Positions 10,407 through 19,743 of a stretch of DNA of 64,000 nucleotides are shown piece by piece. Source of the stretch: Promethearchaeota archaeon (GTDB taxonomy: Archaea; Asgardarchaeota; Lokiarchaeia; Sigyniarchaeales; SOKP01). The DNA lies in assembly GCA_019894975.1 (NCBI GenBank), contig JAGXNO010000012.1:1-64000 (forward strand), read 5' to 3'. The first letter of the stretch is position 1. Each line of letters starts with the position of its first letter. Below the pieces are notes generated by a model. It had not been told where the DNA came from, did no database searches, and saw only the letters and a program-made list of their open reading frames with translations. The position numbers were made by a program, and so were the translations under genes.

Positions 10407-10997
10407 GTGAATTTTAAATTTTTGAACGTTAAGATACAGTATTTAATTCTAAAATTAAATAAATTGAAAAAAAGTCATATAATTCTAATCTTTCTTATTG
10501 TTATTGGTATTACGGCATTAATATTGCCCTATACTTTTTTTCCTCTTATTAACACAGAATTGATTTGGATCTCACCCACTTGCATGATACCCGAGGGATG
10601 TCGTAACTCTGATTATTTCACACTTCCTAATAACGACCTAATTCAAAACAAATATGATCTCGTAATCACTGGTCCGTCATTTTTTCCTTTTTTTCTTACG
10701 TTCAAACATATTGACTCAAGTAGAGAGTACACAATTAATAGCACAATTAATGATGAAGAAAATGTTGTAACCATAACTTTTCGCATGATCCCTGGAAAAT
10801 ATTTAGTTTATGGTGATCTTGATCATTTTTATCTGCAATTGTGGGAACATGGGATTATATCATCTGATTTTGAGGACTCATTTTATATATATAATACCAT
10901 TTCTGTAGTGTTTTTTTTTGGAAGTATTGGATTCGTCTTTTTAAGAAAGAAATACCAAATACGAAGAATGAATATGCGAATCAAGATGAGAGAATAA
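10407..10997 (+). CDS. Hypothetical membrane protein (N- and C-terminal TM helices; start uncertain)
   Basis: Two hydrophobic segments flank a soluble domain; basic C-terminal tail. Confidence 0.6.
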   Translation: MNFKFLNVKIQYLILKLNKLKKSHIILIFLIVIGITALILPYTFFPLINTELIWISPTCMIPEGCRNSDYFTLPNNDLIQNKYDLVITGPSFFPFFLTFKHIDSSREYTINSTINDEENVVTITFRMIPGKYLVYGDLDHFYLQLWEHGIISSDFEDSFYIYNTISVVFFFGSIGFVFLRKKYQIRRMNMRIKMRE

Positions 10998-11003
10998 GCA
11001 ATT

Positions 11004-11720
11004 TTAAATTCGTTTCTTTTCTTTCTGAAGCATTTTTAAATCTCTTGAAATAAAAGATTCTCCATAATGAGTGTATAAAACGGCTGCAGGATTGTGAGGA
11101 TTTGACCTATCTTTAGCAATAAATGTAGTTACAGGTGCTTTAGAAAGATGAGTGAACGTAACATCATGCCCAACACATAATCCAATTATGATATTTAAAT
11201 CAGTTTTTGCTTTATTGAGTAATAGTGCTTGTGCTACAGGGTTACATGTCATAATTCCTATCGGATATCCTGTTTTTGAGATCATTGTAAATTCTTTAGG
11301 GACATCAACATCTGTCTTTTTAATTGATTCAGTTTTACAGCACGCGGAACATACTTCAAAACCATATTTAGTTAGAATTTCAGCAGTTTTGCTAGCCTCT
11401 TTTCTCAAACCAACACAGAAAGCTAATCCTAACCTTTTAAAACCCATCCCTTTAGCATATTCTATTGTATCTTTTAAACGGGGCCAATGAATATACCCCT
11501 GAGCTTCAACTATTGATGCGACGCTAGTTGACTTTTTCACAAATTCATCTGTTTTGTAGAGTTTCATTACTTCCTGTTCAATTTCAGAATTTACAATCAT
11601 TGGACAATTTTCTTTTCCTGTATTAGGATTTCCCATTGTACAAAATTGAATGCTGTTACAACTATGGCACGTAGGACCTAATAACACTTCATTATTAGGT
11701 TTTTCTAAATCTTCTGGCAT
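11004..11720 (-). CDS. DUF1847 family Cys-rich metal-binding protein
   Basis: GLAFCVGL, CCK, CNPVAQA, GLCVGHD and PVTT.IAKDR...HNP. Confidence 0.88.
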   Translation of the reverse strand: MPEDLEKPNNEVLLGPTCHSCNSIQFCTMGNPNTGKENCPMIVNSEIEQEVMKLYKTDEFVKKSTSVASIVEAQGYIHWPRLKDTIEYAKGMGFKRLGLAFCVGLRKEASKTAEILTKYGFEVCSACCKTESIKKTDVDVPKEFTMISKTGYPIGIMTCNPVAQALLLNKAKTDLNIIIGLCVGHDVTFTHLSKAPVTTFIAKDRSNPHNPAAVLYTHYGESFISRDLKMLQKEKKRI

Positions 11721-11783
11721 TTTAAATCACTATCCAATTAAATCATTATTTTCTATATTAAGTTTATTTTATCTAATAATTAC

Positions 11784-12584
11784 CTAAGATTTTTTATTAA
11801 GGGAAATAGCTTTATTTGGACATTTTGAAATACAGATTCCGCATCCAAAACACATCTTAGAATTCAATTGCAGTTTGCCATTATGCATAACTCTTGCTCC
11901 AAAATTACACCATTTTTCACAATTACCACAATTTATGCATAATTCTAAATCTGTCGTAGTAACAAAGTCACTTTTAACCATTTGTGGAGAACCACTCTTA
12001 AGAAATTTGTTTAGAACGACGCAACAGCAAGAACAACAATTACATACTAAATAATAAAACTGCGGATTTGGGAAATAGATTAGTTGATGTATTAATCCTC
12101 TTTCATCGCATTCTTCTAATAGTTCTTTAATTTCTTTTTTTGTGACTTTTTTTAAATTGGAGGATTTAAACGGAATTTCATATAAAGTTTCACCAAAACC
12201 AATATGAATGCATGTATGAAGAGGATGGTCGCAGTTAGGTTTATTGTATTTTCGTTGGATTGCTCTACAATAACACCAACTAATCCCTACGACTTTCGAT
12301 TTACTTAATAAGCCAAAAATCTCTTGAGAGGTAACAAATTTTGTGTCAACGTTAATATTCCTATCTAAGGGAACAACTTTTCCACCCCATCTACCCTTTA
12401 GAATATATTTATCAACAATACCTAAAGTATAGATTCTAAATTTCTCATCTATTTTTCGGAAAAATTCAAGTATAAATAATTCAAAAATTCCAAATAAACT
12501 CGATAACACCCTACCCAAGGGAGGGATTTTCTTTAAGACTTTATCTAATTTAGATTCGAATACTCTATTAGGCAAAAACTTCAA
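11784..12584 (-). CDS. 4Fe-4S dicluster domain protein
   Basis: CYCR, CNCCSCCC, and two CxxCxxCxxxC motifs at the C-terminus. Confidence 0.85.
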   Translation of the reverse strand: MKFLPNRVFESKLDKVLKKIPPLGRVLSSLFGIFELFILEFFRKIDEKFRIYTLGIVDKYILKGRWGGKVVPLDRNINVDTKFVTSQEIFGLLSKSKVVGISWCYCRAIQRKYNKPNCDHPLHTCIHIGFGETLYEIPFKSSNLKKVTKKEIKELLEECDERGLIHQLIYFPNPQFYYLVCNCCSCCCVVLNKFLKSGSPQMVKSDFVTTTDLELCINCGNCEKWCNFGARVMHNGKLQLNSKMCFGCGICISKCPNKAISLNKKS

Positions 12585-12662
12585 ACTAATTGAACAAATA
12601 ATTAAATTGTTTTAATTTTTATTATAAGAAATGATTTAAATTTTTATTTTAATTTTAGTTCA

Positions 12663-12670
12663 TTTTTATG
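12663..12670 (+). promoter_or_regulatory. Putative TATA box of the tRNA gene
   Basis: TTTTTATG about 25 nt upstream of the tRNA 5' end. Confidence 0.45.
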
Positions 12671-12691
12671 ATCCTAGTACGATATTAAATT

Positions 12692-12803
12692 GCGGGAATT
12701 GCCAAGTCTGGTAAAGGCGCTGGACTTAGATATTACTTCAATATCTGCTGGACTCAGAATTCAGTCTCGTAGGAGTTCGGGAGTTCAAATCTCCCTTCCC
12801 GCA
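12692..12803 (+). tRNA. tRNA-Leu(CAG) with 28-nt BHB intron at position 32/33 (intron 12726-12753)
   Basis: Acceptor stem GCGGGAA/TTCCCGC, discriminator A, long variable arm, and T arm GGGAG-TTCAAAT-CTCCC. The BHB has central helix CTGG/CTGG, bulges AC|T and intron stem TAGATATT/AATATCTG. A T-run follows. Confidence 0.88.
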
Positions 12804-12976
12804 TTTTTTAAAAAATAATTCTTGGGGTAATATCCATTCATGCATTCACTGATAGGATTTATAAATTGATTACTGATTTTATTCACTTAATAGAAATAAT
12901 AAGGTATATTATTTTTTAAATCAAAAATGATAATATATTATTAAAATATTAAGAAAATCTATTCACACATATTATT

Positions 12977-13645
12977 ATGTCAAAAGAGCCCCCCCCAGAA
13001 GAAGAAGAAGAAAAATTAATTGTTTTCCAATATGTTGATGAACTGAATGAATATCAAGAGTTAGAGCTTGAAGCCGACGTTCAAATACCAGAATTACTTG
13101 ATTCGGATTTTATCCTACTCTTCGTAGATCCTAAAAGATATCAAGTATGGATTTGGCATGGAGCTAATACTACAACTCGAATGAAGTTTATTGCTGCTAA
13201 ACTTGCACCAGGTATAAGGGATAGATATGGGATTGGATATAAAATCTCAGCAGTGGATGAGGCTAATGAAACTTTAGGTTTCAAAATAATGGCGGGCATC
13301 GAAAAAGAAATCGATTATACTGAAGTTCAAAAAGGACCAGCTTATACAGAGACTGAGGAAGGTTTAGAACTCATTGAATCGTTATCGAGAGAAAAAATCT
13401 TATTGATACTAGAAAAAGCGGGAATACCTGACGGATATGAGAGAAAAATGGTAATAGTAAAAAATAATATATTTGGTTACAAAGAATATGACAGAGAATA
13501 TTTAGGATCAACAATAAGAGAGAAAAAACTCTTTCCTTTAAAAGAGGAAGTTGAAGATGGAACATATTTAGCTGAGGATTATACCCCTAGAATGCTCTTC
13601 TCGTATAATAATGTTGTTTTAACAGAACTTCTACTGAAAAAATAA
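12977..13645 (+). CDS. Gelsolin-domain protein (one gelsolin domain plus an extra C-terminal domain; Asgard 1DGelX-like)
   Basis: LLDSDFILLFVD....VWIWHG...MKFIAA...VDEANET..F is the gelsolin repeat pattern. Confidence 0.75.
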   Translation: MSKEPPPEEEEEKLIVFQYVDELNEYQELELEADVQIPELLDSDFILLFVDPKRYQVWIWHGANTTTRMKFIAAKLAPGIRDRYGIGYKISAVDEANETLGFKIMAGIEKEIDYTEVQKGPAYTETEEGLELIESLSREKILLILEKAGIPDGYERKMVIVKNNIFGYKEYDREYLGSTIREKKLFPLKEEVEDGTYLAEDYTPRMLFSYNNVVLTELLLKK

Positions 13646-13657
13646 AGGAGAAGAAGA

Positions 13658-13804
13658 ATGAGCCGCCCAAAATATAGAATTTCTCAAAAATCACGAATGA
13701 AAATTAGTAAAAAGAAAAAGCAGAGTATGGCTATATTCATTGCAATTCTGATTTTTATTAGTATTGTAATAAGTATAATATTAGTTGCGTTTCCTCTTCT
13801 TTAA
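13658..13804 (+). CDS. Small tail-anchored membrane protein (48 aa; not in the ORF track)
   Basis: GGAG RBS; MSRPKYRISQKSRMKISKKKKQSMAIFIAILIFISIVISIILVAFPLL has a basic N-half and a C-terminal TM helix. Confidence 0.65.
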   Translation: MSRPKYRISQKSRMKISKKKKQSMAIFIAILIFISIVISIILVAFPLL

Positions 13805-13878
13805 AGAAGGGTAAATAAATAACTATAAAATGAAAAATCCTTTATCTACCTTAATTAAATTAAATACCATTTATTACT

Positions 13879-14595
13879 TTGAAATTAAAGAAAATAGACT
13901 ATATTTTCTTAGTTCTTATCATATTAATCACAATCCTCTCAATAGATTTAATAGTAAATGCAACGCACAGAGAGATAATTGAGGATATATCCAAATATGC
14001 ACCTTTTCAAAATTTAGGTATGGGCCTTCTTGTGACTTTTTGGGTATGTTTGGTTGGTAACCTCCTTCCCGTTCCTACTCCTTATACTTTTGTCGTATGT
14101 TTTTCTTCTCAACCTTTTTTAGAGATTAATTACTTTATACCTTTACTCGTTGGATTTATAGCTTCATTAGGGTGCTTGGTTGGAGAATTGGGAGGATATT
14201 TTATTGGTAGAGGTGCTTCGGAATTGATATCAGAAGAAAGAACTGAGATTCTAAAGAGCTATCAGCAATTTCTTATTGATCACCCAAAAGTTGCCCCTTT
14301 TTTGATATATCTATTCGGTTTAACACCGTTAAATGATGATATGATAACCATACCTTTAGGATTAATCAAATATGATGTTAAAAAAACTATCTTTTGGATT
14401 TGGCTAGGTAAATTATGTTTAATGCTAGTTTTTGCTTACAACTTACTAAATATCTGTTCGTTAATTGGAGGAGAGAGCTGGATTATATCCATTATCTCTC
14501 TTTATATAATTGTAATTTTAGTATATCTTATGCTTAGAGTAAGTATCTTAGACTTGATAAGAAAGTTAACGATTAGAAAGACTAAAAAATTATAA
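13879..14595 (+). CDS. DedA/VTT (SNARE-associated) family membrane protein
   Basis: LPVPTPY, LG..VGE..GYFIGRG and TPLNDD...IPLG. Confidence 0.8.
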   Translation: MKLKKIDYIFLVLIILITILSIDLIVNATHREIIEDISKYAPFQNLGMGLLVTFWVCLVGNLLPVPTPYTFVVCFSSQPFLEINYFIPLLVGFIASLGCLVGELGGYFIGRGASELISEERTEILKSYQQFLIDHPKVAPFLIYLFGLTPLNDDMITIPLGLIKYDVKKTIFWIWLGKLCLMLVFAYNLLNICSLIGGESWIISIISLYIIVILVYLMLRVSILDLIRKLTIRKTKKL

Positions 14596-14615
14596 AGTGA
14601 TAAAGAAAAATGATT

Positions 14616-16012
14616 TTACGTAGATTTAAGTCTATCTCTCTTTTCTTTATGTAATTCTGTTATTTGTTTTTTAATGTCCTCTACTCGAGATTTTGTATAG
14701 GGATAATATAATAAGCAAATAAGTGTTGCTATAAGTGCAATAGCTGGGAACAGGAAAACAAGTAATTTAAGTCCTATTATTGTGTTTACCCCAGGGATTG
14801 GGGTATAGTCTGACCAATCAGCCCCTGTAAACACTAATCCGACAGTTACGATTGATAATATCATCGACAACCTCATGAAGAAGTTAGTAATCCCAAAGAA
14901 TGTTCCTTCACGCCTTACCCCTGTTTTAAGTTCATCTTCATCAATAACATCTGCGATAATAAGATATATGAAATATAGCATACCCCCAAAACCGAATCCC
15001 ATAAATGTGACTGTTATTAAGCACGTAATGAAACTATTGACAAAGAGTAATGGAATTGAAGCTAAAATATAAGCAATAATTGAAATCGTATACGCTTTCA
15101 AGCTTCCGAGTTTGATATCTAATTTTCGCCAAATAATCACTGTAATTATACCCACGATAAACATTACTCCCAATAAAAGTGCTGTTAAAAAGGTATCAGT
15201 CACCCCAAGTACTTCTCTTGCATATAACGGAACTGTAGTGGCAAGTACGAGAAGAGTGTATTCATATAAGAAAAACATGGCAGTATAGAGCACAAATCCT
15301 TTGTTTTTGAATGTATATTTTAGCCCTTTGAAAAAACCGAAACCAGGCTGGTAATCCATTACGAATTCAGGGCGTTCTTTAGCGCCCCACTTTATAAAAA
15401 TGAACATAGTAAGGCCTACAATTATTGAAGTAACGATACCATTAGTAAGATAACCCGATTTTACTGTTAGATCTTCTATGAATATTCCTAGAACAAGAAA
15501 AGCCAGGATTAATCCGATAGTAGATAAAACCTGCCTAATCATATTAACTTCAGCTCTTTCTTTTATAGTAGTATACAATTCAGGAAAAAGTGCGTCTGTG
15601 GGTAATGCTAACATCGTATAAAACGTATCATAGCAAATCAGCATTATTAGTAGATATATAAAACCTAAAACTTCATTTCCAGCAGGAGGTACCCATAATA
15701 ATATTTCAATAATAAGAACAGGGATTAATCCAATCATTAAATATGGTCTGCGGCGTCCCCACCTAGTTTTTGTGCGATCGGATAAAAAACCAATCATAGG
15801 ATCATTAAAAGTGTTCCAAATCGTCCATAATACAAATGCAAGAGTTATTGTTAAAGCTTCTAATCCTACAGCGGTAAAGTAGAACGAAAATACCCAAGTA
15901 TTAAATGCACTGTTAATAAAGAATTGAGCAAATGAAGCCGTCCCAAAACTCCATTTCTGTCTTTTACCATACCCTCAAATTGCACTTCTGGTTGTAGTTT
16001 TGAATCACTCAT
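14616..16012 (-). pseudogene. GPH/MelB-type MFS sugar transporter, frameshifted near 15972-15974
   Basis: NDPMIGFLSDRTKTRWGRRRPY and ADVIDEDELKTGVRREG. The frame runs back to YGKRQKWSFG, but the ATG at 16012 (MSDSKLQPEVQFEG) is one base out of frame at a GGG run. Confidence 0.8.
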
Positions 16013-16164
16013 AGTATTTTTCACAAAAATTATATGTTTCTTAATATATTTGTTAGATTTCTTAAAATAGATTTCTAAAAAGAGCAATTTAGACTAAAAT
16101 GTAAATCTGAATCTTAGATTTCTTGATTAGATTTTTATCTGGCCTTTTTCCATTTGAAATTTTT

Positions 16165-16380
16165 TTAGAATTTTGAATATTTTTCAATGATATAATTCTG
16201 TAATGACCACACATATTTTTCAAGATTTAAAATTAAGATTTTTTGTTGTACTTTTCGTAAATATGGTACATTAAGTTGTTTGAATAATGACTTCAAATTA
16301 TCTATTGTATCAAAAATTTCTACGATTACCTTCCAATCATTCGACCACTCAAAATCTTGACAATTTTGTACAAATTCCAT
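16165..16380 (-). CDS. Small hypothetical helical protein
   Basis: 71-aa ORF with plausible composition, co-oriented with its neighbours. Confidence 0.55.
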   Translation of the reverse strand: MEFVQNCQDFEWSNDWKVIVEIFDTIDNLKSLFKQLNVPYLRKVQQKILILNLEKYVWSLQNYIIEKYSKF

Positions 16381-16503
16381 TTCATAATCATCTCGACATT
16401 ATATTCTCTGATGGTATTCATACTAATTAAGCTTTATAAATATTTAGGAACTAATAAATTTCTGATAAACTAAAAAAAAAGAAGTTTTAATGCTTGAAGA
16501 ATC

Positions 16504-17082
16504 TTACTTTACCATAATTACTACTGTCTCTGAAATATTTTGCATTACTCTAATTCTGTTTTTAGGATCTCCTGAATTTTTTGATATTCCAATGAGAAAA
16601 TCAATAATTATTAAAGCGGATCCTTTGAAAATATTATTAATTGCATAGTTCGAAGAAGATGCTAATTGAAGAGTATGCTCATCTACGGTTCTAATACTTA
16701 ATGCCATTTTCCCCAGAGTTTGGCCATTATTATGTGCCTCTAAGCCCCAATGGTATAAAAAACCTATCAAAAAATCAAACGGCATTGTAAACCACCATGC
16801 TCTAACAGGATCAAAGAAATTAAGTCCATACCATGGATTAATTAGAAGCCAGGAAAAAGCAGAACCGATCAAGCCAATAATTATAGAATCAAAAATGAAT
16901 GCAATTATTCGTTTTAACGAAGGAGCATAAATCACACCTTCTGGTTCAATCTTGTGTGTCGGGGTAGATGTTTCAGCTGGTTCTGTTCTCTCTTTCAAGT
17001 TTGCTCCACAAGCCTCACAAAACGCCGCATCTGGTTCTAATTCATTCCCACATTTGGGGCAAAATTTTAGTGCCATTTTCAA
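16504..17082 (-). CDS. RDD family membrane protein with N-terminal zinc ribbon
   Basis: FCPKCG...FCEACG; KRIIAFIFD; GQTLGK. Confidence 0.88.
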   Translation of the reverse strand: MKMALKFCPKCGNELEPDAAFCEACGANLKERTEPAETSTPTHKIEPEGVIYAPSLKRIIAFIFDSIIIGLIGSAFSWLLINPWYGLNFFDPVRAWWFTMPFDFLIGFLYHWGLEAHNNGQTLGKMALSIRTVDEHTLQLASSSNYAINNIFKGSALIIIDFLIGISKNSGDPKNRIRVMQNISETVVIMVK

Positions 17083-17233
17083 TACACCATACTTTTACAC
17101 TTAAATTTTATTAATGTAAATTTTAATCTTATTCATTTTAAATATTTACTTAATTAAAGAGTTTTATAGTCCAATTTTAGATATTATAAGCTTTGAATAA
17201 TTTGGTTAAGAATATTTAGGTTTATTTAGAATT

Positions 17234-18376
17234 CTATAAATATAAATGAAATCCCTGTTCTATAAGCTCTTTCGCTCCGGAAAATTCAGAAACGTTAATT
17301 AATTTGTTTAGATCTTGAATTTCAAGTAATTCCTCGTGAAACTTTTCTTTAAATTTAAGAGTGAATTTTCTCATTAAATTTTGCAAAATTGCGTTTTTTC
17401 TATTTGTTATTAAAACCACCGCAAAACCTAAATCGTCATAGTTTACGATAATTTCAGTATTTTTTGTTTGAAGAACATCAATTTGATTGCGTTTATCTAC
17501 AAACTCAGATAATATGTGGTTAATCCCAATAAGGATATTTCCCCAGATAGCTGAATCTAATTCATCTGGAGATTTAGTAAATTTGTAAGAATAAAGTAAA
17601 ATTCCAGATTTATGATATATATTAACGTAATATATTTTATTTGTTAATTCTAAGAACATTTCAGGCTTTCTGAGCAAAATTACGCAGAATCCAAAAATAA
17701 TAATCCACAAAGAAATTATGTGTAACTCTCTAAATATCGGAGCTTTAAGGAAAATGTATAAAATGTACATTACTATAGGAATGGGGAAAAATAGTGTATT
17801 TTTAATCAAACTCTTGGTTAGATTTTTATTTCGGGCTTTTTTATGAATGAGAATAGAAAGAGTAAAGTAATAAAATGCATTTGAAAATTGGAAAATGGAA
17901 ATTAATATCCCTGCAGTGAAACCATAGGTGTAATTTATTTGAGAAGGATCTTGTATAAAAAATGGGGGAGATTGAGAAATATTGATATTTATACTAATTG
18001 AGTTCGAGAAGAATAAAATTCCAATCAACATTCCTAAAAGAGTAATAAAGTACAGAAATGGAAAATCAGGCACCTCTTTATAATGCCTTAGAAACGTGAA
18101 TATTAAAGTATTTAGGAGTAAACTAACTAAACCAGAAAATATGGAAAGCTTCCATAAAAAAATATTTAGTGTTTCAGAAAAAAAAAAGGTGATCGAGCTG
18201 ATATAAAGAGATGAATAGATAATTATAATGTTAAAAATTGTTAAAAAATTCAAAACTGCCATGAACTTAATTCCATAGTTTTCACGAAATCGTATAATAT
18301 GAATTAGGGTAAAGATTGCTATACAAAAAATGAAAAAATACCCAATTCCTAATATAATAAAGAACGCGACATACAT
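17234..18376 (-). CDS. 7TM membrane protein with C-terminal longin-like domain
   Basis: Seven hydrophobic helices, then IYYVNIYHKSGILLYSY...ILIGINHILSEF...F...F. Confidence 0.7.
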   Translation of the reverse strand: MYVAFFIILGIGYFFIFCIAIFTLIHIIRFRENYGIKFMAVLNFLTIFNIIIIYSSLYISSITFFFSETLNIFLWKLSIFSGLVSLLLNTLIFTFLRHYKEVPDFPFLYFITLLGMLIGILFFSNSISININISQSPPFFIQDPSQINYTYGFTAGILISIFQFSNAFYYFTLSILIHKKARNKNLTKSLIKNTLFFPIPIVMYILYIFLKAPIFRELHIISLWIIIFGFCVILLRKPEMFLELTNKIYYVNIYHKSGILLYSYKFTKSPDELDSAIWGNILIGINHILSEFVDKRNQIDVLQTKNTEIIVNYDDLGFAVVLITNRKNAILQNLMRKFTLKFKEKFHEELLEIQDLNKLINVSEFSGAKELIEQGFHLYL

Positions 18377-18440
18377 GATTTTATTCGTTATCTATATTTT
18401 CTATTCTGTAAACCATTCAAGAATTTTTTTAAATAATTTA

Positions 18441-19550
18441 TTATTTTTTAGTTTTTTGTATATATGGAGTAAAGGTTTCCGTGAGTAATCCTTTTGCATT
18501 TCCAAATTCAGAAACATCTATCAACCCTTTCATACTTTTCAATTTTTCTCCATTTAAATCTGAAAACTGACGCATAAAATTACTAACTGCGTTTTCGATA
18601 AACGCATGTTTATGGTTTGTAGTCAGAATTATTGCATAATCATAGGTGTTATCGTATTCAAAAATTAAATCTCGATCCTTCATTTTTATGAGATTTAATT
18701 GATCTTTCCTATCAATAAAATTGGTTAGGATGTGATTTATCCCAATTAGGATTGATCCCTTTAATAAGGAATCATCTGTCTCCTTTCCTGTTTCAAAATT
18801 AAATGAATATAAGAGAATTCCACTCTTATGAAAGATGATAAAATCATAAATCTTATTTGTAAGCTCAAGAAATAGAGATGGTCTTCTATACATTGCATAA
18901 GATACAAAAATTGCTCCTATAAAATAAATAAGGTAGTAAATAATTTTATAAACTATGTTTTGAGTAAAGAGATGCATTGTATAGGATATTATCACTGCGG
19001 AAAATTGGATGGTAAGTAACCCTAAATTTCTTCCTGATCCTTTATCTCTGACATCATTTAGATTATTAAATAGATAAAATATTAGAAGAGATAATACGAT
19101 TATATTGAAAAATATTATAATTAATAACAGGATAGAATTAGTAAATCTGTAATAATAATTATTACTACTTCCTTGGAATATTTCAATAGAATTTGGGAGA
19201 ATTAATAAACTTGTAATCATTCCCCCTACAAGAGCATAAAGTATTGAAGGGAAACTAGATATTTTCTTGATTTTTAATGTCATTTTTTGCTGAATACTTA
19301 ACACGCTGGTTGAGATTAACCAAAAGATTAAAGAAGTTTTCCATAACAATAGAGCAACAGATTCCTCTATTAAGGATTCTGTCGAAAGAGTATATAATGG
19401 GAAAAAAAATATACCAAAAAAAACATAAAGTAGAATGTTTAAAATTGTATTTCGATAAGTTCCATAAATTTCTCTTTTGAGAAGAGTATAATAAGTACCA
19501 CCAATGGAAATACAAATCGATATAAATATAAGAATTATACTAAAAATCAC
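18441..19550 (-). CDS. 7TM membrane protein with C-terminal longin-like domain (paralog of the adjacent gene)
   Basis: Seven TMs; shares FLELTNKIY...HKSGILLYS and ILIGINHIL with 17234-18376. Confidence 0.7.
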   Translation of the reverse strand: MIFSIILIFISICISIGGTYYTLLKREIYGTYRNTILNILLYVFFGIFFFPLYTLSTESLIEESVALLLWKTSLIFWLISTSVLSIQQKMTLKIKKISSFPSILYALVGGMITSLLILPNSIEIFQGSSNNYYYRFTNSILLLIIIFFNIIVLSLLIFYLFNNLNDVRDKGSGRNLGLLTIQFSAVIISYTMHLFTQNIVYKIIYYLIYFIGAIFVSYAMYRRPSLFLELTNKIYDFIIFHKSGILLYSFNFETGKETDDSLLKGSILIGINHILTNFIDRKDQLNLIKMKDRDLIFEYDNTYDYAIILTTNHKHAFIENAVSNFMRQFSDLNGEKLKSMKGLIDVSEFGNAKGLLTETFTPYIQKTKK

Positions 19551-19743
19551 AAGTGAAAATCATCTATTATAGTGAATTTCTTCAATTAAATTAAAGATAA
19601 TAGTATAATATTATATAAATATGTTTTATATTGTAATTATTTCAATTTTTCATTTATTCATATCTAATCTTCACCTATACCGATTAAATTTATTAAATCG
19701 CAAATAAAAAAAGAACAAATAAACTCAAACCCTAGTTTAAGAA

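Noticed and set aside
12726-12758. Reading the tRNA as Leu(TAG) with a canonical 37/38 intron
   Set aside because: The required central helix CTTA/CTCA cannot pair, whereas the 32/33 register gives a good BHB-like fold.
15975-15977. In-frame TGA upstream of the MFS ORF as possible Sec
   Set aside because: The frame upstream of it has no start or protein-like sequence; a frameshift explains it better.
15866-16087. Independent 73-aa ORF
   Set aside because: It contains the out-of-frame true N-terminus of the MFS transporter.
16381-16421. Possible frameshifted upstream extension (MNTIREY...RDDYE) of the 71-aa ORF
   Set aside because: Cannot be distinguished from chance without homologs.
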